Below, one piece after another: positions 1 through 19,110 of a stretch of 64,000 bases of DNA (positions within the stretch are counted from its first letter, which is position 1; each line of letters begins with the position of its first letter). The notes below the pieces were generated by a model. The model searched no databases, had not been told where the DNA came from, and saw only the letters and a list, made by a program, of their open reading frames with translations. A program made the translations under genes and the position numbers. The stretch is taken from assembly GCF_009914755.1 (NCBI RefSeq), contig NC_060939.1, one strand, 5' to 3'. The DNA is from the human T2T-CHM13v2.0 reference genome, Homo sapiens.

Positions 1-1117
1 TCATTTCACCAGGATGATTCATCGGGATGGGTCAGGGCCAGTGGCGAGTTAGCCTGATAGCCCAGCTGGATCTTCCCCTGAAATCTGATGGAAGCACACT
101 TCACCGCCCGTCAGGACTAAAGTCCGGCATTGGTGAGCAGTAAGAACAGCCCCTCTCCAGTGTGGGAGGAGGGGCCTCGAGTAGACCCCAATGACTGACC
201 CTCATCAGCTCTCCAGGAAGTGCCTGCCCAGTGGCATCCAGAAGAGGTGCCCAGGTCCTGTGTCTCCCCAGGGCACACTGGGGTTTGCCACTGGGGTTAG
301 GTTTCCTGGGGACTTCTCAATGACACTGTGAAAACCTAGCTCACCTCCTTGGTGATCGTACTCTCAGCCACTAAAAGGTTTCCTAGGGCACTTAGAAGTT
401 GAGTTCAGACAATAATAATATCCTGGTCGTCTGGTGAAATCGTTAGCATCTGAGGGGCTGCTTTGCAGTACCCTCTGTTGGGCTTGCGGCTCCTGCCTTT
501 GTATGTTTAACCTTTAAACAAGGGGGTTGGCAGAAGGAAGCAAGCTGTTCTGTCACAGCTGGTCCTGGCGATGCCAGAGGAGGCCCAAGCTGGAGCTTCC
601 TAGTTAGCTTTGGCTTTTGCCTAAAGAGGATTTCAGGAATAGGGCAGGACACAGGGACCCAGCCAACACCAGGAATAAAAGCCAAGCGTCTACTCCATGC
701 TTTTGGTTCTGGCTGGCCAGGGCATCTGACACCAGGGAACATCTTTCCTTTCACACTCCATTGTCCTGGGGCTTCAATTACATTCTTGACTGAGAGCCCA
801 GGAATGAGGATAGCGGGCACTCCAGAAATTAACCTTAGAGAAGTGACTACGTGAGTTTTTAGCCTACTCGCCTCCCTAACAATGGTGCACACCATTGCTG
901 CTCCAGGTGGAGGAGTCACTGCCACCTCCACTAGCTGAGCAAACATCCCTTGGCCTCAGATCTGGGATTAAAAGGAAGCAGGAGGTCAGCTCCCCACTCA
1001 TTAGAGCTGGATTATCCTACGAGGGTTTGTACTGCGTGCATAGACAAAAGCATAGCACCCAAAAGAATGAGACACAGCGACGGAATTTTGTTATTTTATA
1101 TTTCAAAAAAAGGCATT

Positions 1118-1416
1118 GGCTAAGTATAGTGGCTCATGCCTGTAATCCCAGCACTTAGGGAGGCCGAGGCAGGAGGATCACTTGAGCCAAGGAGTTTAAC
1201 ATCAGCCTGGGCAACATGGCAAAACCCCATCTCTACAAAAAAAATATAAAAAATTAGCTGGGTGTGGTGGCACACGCCTGTGGTCCCAGCTACTTTGGAG
1301 GCTGAAATGAGCCTAGGATCAATTGAACCTAGGAAGTCGAGGCTGCGGTGAGCCGTGATCACACCGCTGCACTCCAACCTGGGCGGGCAACAGAGCGAGA
1401 CCCTGTCTCAAAAAAG
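1118..1416 (+). mobile_element. Alu (AluJ-type)
   Basis: Dimeric Alu; TSD AAAAGGCATT at 1108-1117 and 1417-1426. Confidence 0.9.
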
Positions 1417-1930
1417 AAAAGGCATTGACAAAGTCATTATTGGAAAAATCTGAATGTATGTAGTCTTATTTCCATTTGTTTCATAGTTTAGTGATGTTTT
1501 ATCTTGAGTTACAAATCCCTTTGGTGCAAAGGATGATGTCTTATGCTAGCTGCACATCTCGTCGGTCTTATAGCTCACCACCACAGAGAGCTGAGCCCTC
1601 CACAAGCCCCTGGTCTGTGTCCTTGACTCTCCCAAGGCCACCACCCCACCTTTCCCCACACTCAGAGCCATCAGCATCACCACCACCATTGATCGTATGA
1701 AGACATGCAGACCACTTTTATACTGCATGTGCTTTGTTGCAGGTACTTTTGTGAATCTGCAACACTGAGAAAAACTCGAGTTCAATCCTTAGTTCTTCCC
1801 AGTTAACAACTGGGGGATTTGAAGCAAGTTACTCAGCCTTTCTGAATTGCAGTTTACTCAGCCTCTCTGAATGTCAGTTTCCTCCTCTGTAAGAGCCTGC
1901 GCCTCATAGTTGTGTTAAAGAACAAAAGCT

Positions 1931-2243
1931 ATCCCAGCTACTTGGAAGGCCGACATGGGAGGAGTGCTTGAGGCCAGGAGTTCAAGACCAGCCTGGGCCA
2001 TAAGCAAGACCCTGTCTCTACAAAAAAAAAAAAAAAAAAGTTGTTTTAATTAGCCAGGTGTGGTTGTACATCCCTGTAGTCCTAGCTACTTGGAGCCTGA
2101 GGTGGAAAGATCACTTGAGCCCAGGAGTTGGAGACTACAATGAGCTATGATCTCGCCACTGCATTCCAGCCTGGGTGACAGTTGCTCTGATCCCCAGAGC
2201 AACTCTCTAAAAAAAAAAAAAAAGAAAAAGAAAGAAAGAAAAA
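1931..2243 (+). mobile_element. Alu (AluJ-type) whose A-rich tail received the LTR5_Hs
   Basis: Alu body followed by A/AAAG tail abutting the LTR. Confidence 0.88.
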
Positions 2244-3211
2244 TGTAGGGGTGGGTTGCCCCTACACACCTGTGGGTGTTTCTCGTAAGGTGGGACGAGA
2301 GATTTGGAAAAGAAAAAGACACAGAGACAAAGTATAGAGAAAGAAATAAGGGGAACCGGGGAACCAGCGTTCAGCATATGGAGGATCCCCCCAGCCTCTG
2401 AGTTCCCTTAGTATTTATTGATCATCTGTGGGTGTTTCCCAAAGAGGGGGATGTGTCAGGGTCACAAGACAATTGTGGGGAGAGGGTCAGCAGACAAACA
2501 CGTGAACAAAGGTCTTGGCATCATAGACAATGTAAAGGATTAAGTGCTGTGCTTTTAGATATGCATACACATAAACATCTCAATGCTTTACAAAGCAGTG
2601 TTGCTGCCCGCAGGTCCCACCTCCAGCCCTAAGGCGGTTTTTCCCTATCTCAGTAGATGGAGCATACAATCGGGTTTTATACCGAGACATTCCATTGCCC
2701 AGGGACAGGCAGGAGACAGATGCCTTCCTCTTGTCTCAACTGCAAGAGGCATTCCTTCCTCTTTTACTAATCCTCCTCAGCACAGACCCTTTACGGGTGT
2801 CGGGCTGGGGGACGGTCAGGTCTTTCCCTTCCCACGAGGCCATATTTCAGACTATCACATGGGGAGAAACCTTGGACAATACCTGGCTTTCCTAGGCAGA
2901 GGTCCCTGCGGCCTTCCGCAGTTTTTGTGTCCCTGGGTACTTGAGATTAGGGAGTGGTGATGACTCTTAAGGAGCATGCTGCCTTCAAGCATCTGTTTAA
3001 CAAAGCACATCCTGCACCGCCCTCAATCCATTCAACTCTGAGTTGACACAGCACATGTTTCAGAGAGCACGGGGTTGGGGGTAAGGTTATAGATTAACAG
3101 AATCTCAAGGCAGAAGAATTTTTCTTAGCACATAACAAAATGGAGTCTCCTATGTCTACTTCTTTCTACACAGACACAGTAACAATTTGATCTCTCTTGC
3201 TTTTCCCCACA
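2244..3211 (-). mobile_element. LTR5_Hs solo LTR of HERV-K (HML-2), full length 968 bp
   Basis: Minus strand begins TGTGGGGAAAAGCAAGAGAGATCAAATTGTTACTG and ends GGGGCAACCCACCCCTACA; TATAAAA (+ strand 2675-2681) and AATAAA (+ strand 2414-2419); 6-bp TSD GAAAAA at 2238-2243 and 3212-3217. Confidence 0.96.
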
Positions 3212-3218
3212 GAAAAAA

Positions 3219-3535
<317 letters not shown>

Positions 3536-4746
3536 AATAAAAGGTAAAACATGTCTGAGGCCTGCTACAAGGCAGATTACCTATAAATATTAGAGTTATT
3601 CATGCCCTTTCTTCACTCCTGATCCGCCTAAAAAGAAGATAGAGTAGGTCCCTTCTCTAGGGAAAAGGAACCACAACCACCACCATCTCAGCTTGAGGGA
3701 CTTGTAGCGAAGCTTTACCCTATGAACCAACCTCGGGAGTCTCCGGCCTCCATTGCCCCACACCTTGGAAGGGGAGGGGCTTCTCTGGAGAGAGGTTTGT
3801 TTAAATGTCATTATTTTCTGAAATCATTGCCCAATTTTTCCTATTTTACAGTCAGCCATCCACTATGCATCAGGTGAGTGCGTCTGAGAAGCCTATAGCT
3901 GAGGAGTCCTCGGGGAATGAGGTCATCTGGAAACGCAAGCCTCCCTCGGTTTCAGCAACTCATGCACGTGAAGACAGGCCCCTTCCCCAGGCCCCTGTTG
4001 CTGCGAAACGGTGTGGGAGGGTGAGGAAAGGTGTAGAGAGGCACTCCCCACACTTTAATGAGCGCAGGAGCCCGTCAGTGATCTTGTCCAGATGCAGATT
4101 CTGTTGTGGTGGGGGCTGGCTCCAGCCTCTGCGTTTCTTGCCAGCTCTGGGTGATGCCGGTGCTGCTGGCCTGTGGGCCACACTTTGAGTAGCAGGGCTC
4201 TGAGATATGATGTGGTGTGTAACATGGGCATTATTCAGAGGGACTGTAGGTGTCACGGTGGTTGGTGGCAAGAAAAAGAAACCAGTTCATTCAGCTCAGG
4301 ATTCCCAGCCCTGGAAGGGAGCACCAATGGCCAGGCACCGGGCTTCACTCCAGCCTCAGCCCTGGGACGGTAAGGCCCCGGGAGAAGTTCCATAAGACTG
4401 TGTACAGTGAAAAAGAGGTCATTCCTCAATTCTGCATTCGAAAATCGGGGCATCTTAGGAAGGGGACATGAGCACTAGGTGTCCAAAACCCACAAATGCC
4501 CACTCCAGCAGGGATTCCTTGGAGCCAGGTGAGTGGGCGGAGAGTGAGATCTGGAGGCCCTGATGAGTCTGAGACAGCGCCTCCTATTTGAGGTCATCTC
4601 TCTCTCTGGCTGAAAGAAGGAGGGGTGTGCATAGCAGGGCTGCTGGGGAGGGAGAGAGGAGGGAGGAAGGAGTCTGTGGGCTCTACAATGAAACTGGAGG
4701 CCCAAGTCCTCCCGGGACCACAGCGTTCTTAGCGGGAGCCAACGCA

Positions 4747-5520
<774 letters not shown>

Positions 5521-6127
5521 CTAAGGAAGAGTAGTCACACTTTGGTCTCCTCTTTACTCTTCCACCTGGGCAAGACACCTCTGGGCCTCTTCTTTTCCCT
5601 CAAGCAAAAAAGAACAAGGTAATAGTGAGGAAGGACGATGCTTACCATAAACATCTTCAGAACTTATTTACCTTGAAATGGGTAGCACCAGACCCAGGGC
5701 CTGGCATGCTCAATCAATGTTTGTTCAATGAATTAATCAATCCCACCACTAAATGGAAAGGATCTTTCATTGTTTGACAACAGTTGTCCCTCTCAGAGGG
5801 CAGAGGCTATTTTTGCATCATCTTTGCACTTAGTGTGTTCCTGGAATATAACAGAGGTCAATAGAAGTCTACTGAACTTGATGGAGGTGAAACTCATTTC
5901 ACCTGAAGGTAAAGTTAGTAGTTGTATACAAGGTGTCAGATGAGGGACCATCTCCAAAATATTTTCAACTCTTTTGAAATTCCTCTATTAATAACTTATT
6001 CCTTTGACTTTCATTTTCCTTACCCACTTGTCTTATTTTAAAATGCCAGTGCCAGTAGGGAAAGGTTACATTAACCAAAAAACAAACTTTAACTTCTTTG
6101 CGTTTTTGCCCTGGGAAACCTCTAAAT

Positions 6128-6470
6128 CGGAATTTGGCAAACTATGGTCTATGGGCAAAATTCAGCCCATCACCTGTTTTTGTACAACCTGAGAGCTAAG
6201 AATGGCTTTTTAATTTTTTTAGTGGTTGAAAAAAAAAACTCAAAAGAGGAATAATCGTTTATGATATGTGAAGATTATATGAAATTCAAATTTCAGTGTT
6301 TACAAATAAAGTTTTATTGGAACATAGCCGCATTTATTCACTTAAGCAGTGTCTGTGGCTGCTTTGGTGCTATGATAACAGAGTTAAGAAGTTGTGACAG
6401 AGACCTCATGGCCCACAAAGTTTAAGATATTTGCTATCTGGCCCTTTACCGAAAAAGTTTGTTGACTCTG
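6128..6470. mobile_element. MER58B-like hAT-Charlie element
   Basis: GGCAAACTATGG...AATAAAGTTTTATTGGAACA...TATCTGGCCCTTTAC...AAAAAGTTTG matches the recalled MER58 consensus. Confidence 0.75.
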
Positions 6471-6764
6471 AGGGGGAGCTATCTGTACTCCTGTATTTAT
6501 CCCATCAACTTGTTTTGGTAATTTTTTTACAAAATCACTAGATATAATCTCATTTTAATAGAAACCATCGCTTAGAGAGATAAATAGATTCCCAAAGAGT
6601 TTATGTATAAATAGAAGTCTTATTAATAAAATCCTATTTTTAGTATTTCTGTTTAAAATATTTTAGGTTAGACAAATGAAAATGTTGTCTCTTCTGGTTT
6701 TGGAGGACAGGTTTGTCAGAAGCAGGGACTGTGTTACCCTAGAGAAATCTCCTTTTTATCTTGT

Positions 6765-7091
6765 CTTTTGATTTTGTTTTTGTTTTTTGTTTTGTTTCGT
6801 TTTGTTTTGAGACAGGCTCTTGCTCTGTTGCCCAGGCTGGAGTGCAGTGGTGCCATCATAACTCACTGCAACCTGGACCTCCTGGGCTTAAGTGATTCCC
6901 CCACCTCAGCCTCCTGAGTAGCTGGGACTACAGGTGCATGCCACCATGCCTAGATAAATTTTTGTATTTTTTGTAGAAACAGGGTTTCTCCATGTTGCCC
7001 AGGCTAGTCTTGAACTCCTGATCTCAAGTGATCCTCCTGCCTTGGCCTCCCAAAGTGCTGGGATTACAGGCATCAGCCACAGTGCCTGGCC
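6765..7091 (-). mobile_element. Alu
   Basis: TTTTG tail, then reverse-complement Alu body. Confidence 0.88.
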
Positions 7092-8305
7092 TAGTTTGTC
7101 TTTTACTATGGGTCGTTCTTTGGGCTCAGGCCTATCGGCACTGGTGCATGCCATACTTAATCTCAGAGACTCAGCTTGCTGGAGGCAGACTGAAAGCAAG
7201 TATCTCGAAGATGTAGTTTTGAGTTATGACCCAAGCAAGGGAGAGACTTTTCCCAGGGGTAGAGAAGGACATGATTTACTGGAATAGTCCCAAGAATATG
7301 CCAGGAAATCATTTGTCTGCAGCTAAATGGTTTCCATACTGCAATGAGTAGGAGGAGTAAACAGGCAAGGATGGGAATTCCAGAAGTGATTTTTCTCCCA
7401 TTCTCCCCAACCCCCAAGTTTATTGGTAAATGTGTGATTGTCATTTTGCCCCCTGCACCTCATATCCCCACATGTACTCTCTCGCCAAACTTACGGTTTT
7501 GTAGCTGATCAACTTCAAGCAAAGTACACTTGGGCTGGGTTGCCAGCCTAAGAATTTTCAAGTAGAGAAAGCTGGTGAAATCTGATCCAATGTGATTCCC
7601 CTGGTTCTATGGAATTCTAGATTTTCCCGGATTTGCCAGAGAGATTTTGTTGGTCTCACCAATATGAGCCTTGAGTGTCGCAGCAGGGTAATGCCTAAGA
7701 ATTCCCGGGTCAATAGCAGCATGTGAGCCTTCTAGCTGCACTCTGCATTGCTGAGAGCAATTTTAAAGTCCATTCAATGGACAGGATGTGAAATGAGGGG
7801 AGTTCATGGAAGGCGACAGGATTTTACTCTGCCTGCCCACCTCAGTCGATAGTGAAGCTTTCAAACTCCCTGTTTTCATAGCTTAATGGAGTGTATGTTA
7901 TGAAATACCTTTAAACAAAGAATCCCTAATCTTTTCCTGATGTGAAGAAACTTTGAATTTTCCCAGAGTCATAAAATCAGAGATGCTAGAATGGAAAGGG
8001 AGACCTCATTTTCCAGATGTAGAACTGAAGCCCAGACTGCACTTGGTGAAGCAGGTTACCCGAGGTCTGCAGCTGAGGGGCAGCAGGGTTCACGTTACAC
8101 GCCAGGGTCCCTGACACCACACCCAGAGCATTTCCCCTTATGCTACAGTCTCCCCATGGCTGATAGGGGTGGGAAGTGGGGGCAGAACTACAAAGACAGA
8201 TTCTTGGTAGATGAGACCAGCTCATCCAAAAGAAGAGAGAGGAGCTCCTATATGCCAGAGGGCGTAAGCACTGATGGCTGCCACCTCTATCTCTGATACA
8301 CACTA

Positions 8306-8960
<655 letters not shown>

Positions 8961-9197
8961 TCCCCCAAAAGGATTGGGCATTTGGACCCAACACACGCTG
9001 ACCACGCCAACAGAACCAGCCTTGTCATTCTTTCACTGGTTCATCTGGGTGTGTGTGTGTTGGGGGGGTGATGGTAGCTCATAGACCAGGAGGTGCCAGG
9101 TCTCTGTCCCCTCAGTAGCACAACTGTGCCATTAAATGGACTGGTGCCATTAAATGGACTGTCACACATAAATTTCAGTCCAGAGACCCTTGCCCAC

Positions 9198-9459
9198 CAG
9201 GGCCATATTATCACTGTGTGGACCTGGACCCTGCGTACTGTTGCCTTCATGGGCCACTTTATGAAAAAAAATTAAAAATCATACTTTACATCTGCATTGG
9301 TAAGAAGACAAATATATTTGTATTACATGTTAAAACATTTTATTTGACCTAAAAGTTATTTTTTTCTCCCGATTGTAAAAGAAATCGCATCATTTCCATG
9401 GGTCCTATTGTGGGCCTTGGGCACTGTGCCTCCTGTGGCTAGTGGGGAAGCTGGCCCTG
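9198..9459. mobile_element. hAT-Tip100-type MITE
   Basis: Terminal inverted repeats CAGGGCCA ... TGGCCCTG around an AT-rich core; subfamily not determined. Confidence 0.5.
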
Positions 9460-9801
9460 TTCCCACCCCGGCCCCTCCCCGCCCCCCACCCTCCACAGCT
9501 CTGTTTACTTCAACAAGCAGAGAGCTTCTGTTTGCTGAAGGAAATTCACAGTGCAGTGCATTTCTTCCCTGAAGAAAGCCGAATAATAAAAGGCAGTCAG
9601 GGAGAAAATAGGACCTTGAGAAAGCCCAGGACTGCAAGTCAAGAGGCTGGATCTCAGCTGGGGCTTTACTACAGGGCTCCTCAGTTGTCCCATGGAGACA
9701 CAGCTCTGTCTCTCAGGGGGAAGGCTGAAGGTCAAAGGAGCCCAGAGGCGGGATCAGGAGCAGCTGAAATAAAGCCAGAATTCACATTCATCTTATTACT
9801 T

Positions 9802-10131
9802 CTTTTTTTTTTTTTTTTTTTTGAGACAAGGTATCTCTCTATTGCCCAGGCCGCAGTGCAGTGGCACAGTCATGGCTCACTGCAGCCTCAAGTCTCCCAG
9901 GCTCAAGCGATCCAGATGGCTGAGTAGCTGGGACTACAAGTATGCACCACTACGCCCAACTAATTTTACAAGTAGTAGTAGTAATAGTAGTAGTGCTGGT
10001 AGTAGTAGTATTTGTAAAGATGGGGTCTCCCTGTGTTGCCCAGGCTGGTCTCAAACTGCTGAGCTGGAGCAACCCTCCCACCTTGGCCTTCCAAGGTGCT
10101 GAGATTACAGGCAGGAGCCACACATCTGGCC
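9802..10131 (-). mobile_element. AluJ-type element with an expanded (TAG)n linker at ~9971-10010
   Basis: Alu arms flanking AGTAGTAGTAGTAATAGTAGTAGTG... Confidence 0.85.
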
Positions 10132-13100
10132 TCATCTTATTCCTTTTTAATGGTGAGAACAGGCCAAAAGCAAGCAAAAGCCTTGTCCTGAGAGACGGTG
10201 AGATCCTCATCCTGGGAAGTGTCCAGCAGCAGCTCCTGCCCAGGAAGCTCTGGAAGGGATGAAGTCATCGGATAATGCTTGTGTAGAGATGGAGCAATGT
10301 TGCTCTGCAGATTCAAGGGGGATAGGGACTGCAGGCATTCCTGGCTGTTTGAAAGAGAAGCGGCCAGACAAGGGAAGTGGTTGATGTGATGCAGGCTCCC
10401 TGGAGAGCTGCCCTTGGCAGGATGTGGAGTGAGAGAGGGTGGGCACTGGGAGGGAAAGGGTGGAGCCAAGCAGATGGCAGGAGCTTACAAGGTATGTAAG
10501 TGACAGTTCTCCATGGTCCTCAGAATGTGTCCAGGTACCAACCTCATGAAATGTCCATGTAACAGTGAAGGAGCTGGGCTTTGCGGTCAGTTTTGATACC
10601 AGTGGAAACTGAAACACAGGCAGATAGACACACAGGAACAGGGAGCAGGGGATCAGAAAGATGCTGGGAATGAGGTGAGGGGTGGGGCAAAATCTTGGGA
10701 AGGGCTCTCAGCAAACACCAGCAGAGCCATCTGGTCTGCAGGGCCCCGGGGACAGGGCCTCTGGCCAATGAGCTTTTTTCAAAGGCCTGTGAAAATACGT
10801 GACATGCCAAAAAAAAAAAATTATTGAATCTAAAATATAAAAGGAAAAGTATGAAATTGAAAGGAATACATTTTAATTAAATGTCTATAAAACAAACAAC
10901 GTCAATTCATTCATGTTTAAATTTAGTGTTTCTGGATTCTCTGTTTGAAAATAACGCTAAGGTTTTATTTTCTCCCTCCATAAAATGTACTGTGCATGCA
11001 CAATGCCAGCCTGGAGAACATAGCCAGACATGTAGTCAATGAGCAGCTATAATTTCAAAAGCAAGATTAATAAAGTCCTTTTGATCCTTTCTACAGCAAA
11101 AATGTGATACTCAATGTGAAATATGGGTATATTCTAATGTGTTTGATATTATGTGGAATGCGGACTCCATAATTAAAAGACCCTGGGGCCTGTAATGGTC
11201 TTAAACTGGCCCTGGAATTGGGGTCCAGGCTAAATTGAACCAAATCTCTGAGAGGTGAAATGAGAGCCCAGCTGAAGTCTGGGTAATAACAGGATTAGAT
11301 GGAACCTCAGAACCTTCCAATTCAGAGTCCATCTGAGCACAGGTGCTTTTAACCCTGAAGGGCTGTTCAGACAGATGAGCTTTTAGAGGGTGGACGTGAA
11401 GTTCTCTGGGAGGAAGAAGCACCTTTCAAGCGTGATGAACTGTTATGGTAGGTCTCCACTAGAGCTAATATAACTCAGGAAACAGAAAGTGAGCCAGACC
11501 AAGTGGGTGGTAAATGACCGCTTGGCTGGGGGCTGGTGGCTGATGGCGGGTGGCTGGTGCAGCGTCACTCAGCAGCGGTAGGTCTCCTGACTGCAGCTGG
11601 GATGTGCTGTCACCCACTCCAGCACTAAAATTCAACACTGATTGCCAATTCGCCTTTGAAGGGCGCATTATTTTCTTTAATGATTTTACTCTTACACTTG
11701 AGAAAAGGGAGGAGGAAAAAATTGCGTTCTCCAGACACCTCTTGCCCCCTCGTTCTTTGTCTTTGATCCTGTTCCCAAGCTTACGCCATTACACGCCCTC
11801 CCTGTCATGCCCAGCTGTGTGCCCTCCCTGCCCGGCCCTCCCCAGCCAGGTTTCTTTGGCTGTGAGGCAGCAAAGGTGCCCAGCAGACACCCCTTCTGCC
11901 CTCTCTCAGGCTGCGTTCAGAGCTGGGAGCAGAGAGGCCAGACGGAGGAGGATGCCACCCAGCCTGGCCGCACAGGGCCCAAGGTGACTGGGAGGACCCC
12001 GGCTTCCCTCTCACCCCACCCCAGGGGCTCCGGGCAAATGACCTCAGCCTGAAGCAGCCAGTGAGGAGGCGTTTGTAGGGCCACTGGGGTTTGCCAGCTC
12101 CTCACTGGCAGATGACCTGGGGGAAGCAGTTTAATAGGTGTGTGTGCCCTTCTATCATGCGTGTCAGTGACCAGAAAGGCAGAGACCAAAGAGCAAAGGT
12201 GAGTAGTGACCCTCTACCAGCGAGCAGGCATGGCCCTCCTTCCCTGAGACCCGTCCCCAGCCTTCCTACTCCCTCCATGACAGAGCACACACATGGCCAC
12301 TGTGGTTTTCATAATAATGAACTCATAAAGAACTAAAATTCACCTAGCACTTTCCGGCTCCCAGAGAGCATTTCCATTTTATTTGATAGTGACAGTGATG
12401 CTGGGAACAAAGCAGGACAGACATCAGCACTGTCCCCATGTAATCAGTGACAACACGGTTCCAGGGTGCACTGGCTTGGCCAGTGTTCCGTGGCTAAGAT
12501 GTGGACAAGCCCAGTGACATTCAAACCTGGGTCTTCTGACTCCAAGACCCATAGTGAGCGGGCTTCAACCCTAAGAACCAACAGGGAAGCACCAGCTCTC
12601 ACTGAGGAGCCAACCAGGCAATGAGTGTGGATTTGGAGTTGGGATGCACACATGGTGAGTAGCCGTGACCCTAGAATCAGAATATCTGTCTCAAGAAGCT
12701 TTTGGGGCTCTTAAAATGCTGACATCATGTAAAGTCATTGAACTTTGGGGGGAAAGATCATTTTATTTATGGCAAGATTCAATGCACTCATTCATTCATG
12801 TGTTAATTAATTCAACAAGCACATACATTGAGCACTACTCCATGTTAATAGATGCGAGCCAATTTGCCAAAAAATCAGTGCACCCAAAGACCCAATCTGC
12901 TGAATCATTAATTCACTCAATTTAATCCATTTGTCAAATGATTAGTTCACTGATTTTTCCAAATTTACTTGTTGTAGTTGTAACAGCTTGAACAGTAATG
13001 TTTTAACAGTGAAAATGTTGGCCAAACAAAAATCTGTAGAAATTCATGTTTTGCAAGTGAAACCCTACCTTCTGGGCAGAATTCCAGCCTTGAACTATAT

Positions 13101-13444
13101 GATAAGATTGTCTTAGGTACCTCTGGTTTCTTTACATGCTTTTGAATGTAAGTGTATATTTTCAAACTTGAAACACTTGAAATATTTTTTCATCAGTTTC
13201 TCAAAAGACATTTAATCCTTAACTTGATTGAGGAAGTGTGGAGAAGTAGGTACACAGAAGAACCTGGCCCTGGAGGCAGCCCTGCCTGGTGTGTGAGCCC
13301 AGCTCTGCCCCTGTCTTAGCTTTGGCACCTTGGTCGAGTGACTTACACATATGTGATGGGAGCTCGGCCATATCACTTACAAATACTAGGGGAAAAAAAC
13401 ACATCATAGTAATAACAAGGTTATTTCTAAGTGGTGGATTGTAA

Positions 13445-18011
<4,567 letters not shown>

Positions 18012-19110
18012 AGAAAGGAATGTTTTGTGAGGTATGAATGGTTAGTGTGCCTGGGGAGGTCCACGCAATGATCTGTTGGAGAGCCTGATAGCAACATGGT
18101 GAGGCCACAGTGTGGTACAATTGCAGGAAGATGACTCAGGACCTCAGTACCCACAAACAGGAGGCATCTATGAGAGGGAGGCGGGGGGTATGCAGTGCCT
18201 GATGGAGACTTCGGCAGGAAGAACTAAGGGTGGACCTAGCCTTAGATCTTTGGTCCCTCAGTGATCAAGATTGCTCAGAGGAAAACCTTTCAAACTTAGA
18301 CTGGGGCATAGAAATAAAGGGAGTAACTCTTGAGATGGTTTCTAAGAAAGAACTAAGTAACCACACATTGATAACAACAGTCATATTCCCAGCCTCCCTG
18401 TGGTTCCTGCCATGGCTCTGGGCGCCTATGCTTGAGCCAGCAAGGTCGGGCTTCTCATGCTGGGATCTGCAGACTCACCCCCAGACGCCTATGGAATTTC
18501 AAATTCTGTCTTTCCATTTGATTACTATTTAAAATTAGATTCATGGTTGCAGGTTCTGGGTCCTCTGGCCATCCACTGAGTACCATAACATGGCTTCACA
18601 ATCTACACTGGCACTGTGTTTAGATGGGATTGGAGCCAAATAATTCTATTTGAATTGTCACAGGCTAAAGAGAAAAAGAATAGAGATGGACTTACTATGT
18701 AAACAAGTAGAGGCCAAAGGACATCACAAAGCATTGTATGCAAAATGTTTTCCTAGTCACTCAAATGGGAAACTGATGGATATGCAGAGTTAACACACAG
18801 TCCATGGGGTACAGGCATAGAACACTCTCAAGGAAAAAAAAAAAAAAAAAGGGCAGCACGGCCCTCTGCCCGAGAATGACTTTTTTGGTCTCAGAATCCC
18901 TTTCTACTCTTACAAATTACTGAGAACCCCAAAGAGCTTTTGTTTATATGGGTTATAGCTATCAATGTTTATATATTAGAAATTAAAAATGGGAAATTTA
19001 TTTACAAATTCATTTCTAAACGACAATAATAAACCCATTATTAAAATAAATAACACTTTTAGTAAAAATGTTTTCTAAGATGGAAAACTTTAGTGAAAAG
19101 AGTGAAATTC

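Noticed and set aside
443-946. 167-aa minus-strand ORF
   Set aside because: Non-ATG start, no recognisable homology or exon structure; chance ORF
12850-13080. Loosely periodic CCAATTTGCC/AATTCAC-type sequence
   Set aside because: Probably an ancient degenerate interspersed repeat; too diverged to name or interpret without a Dfam search
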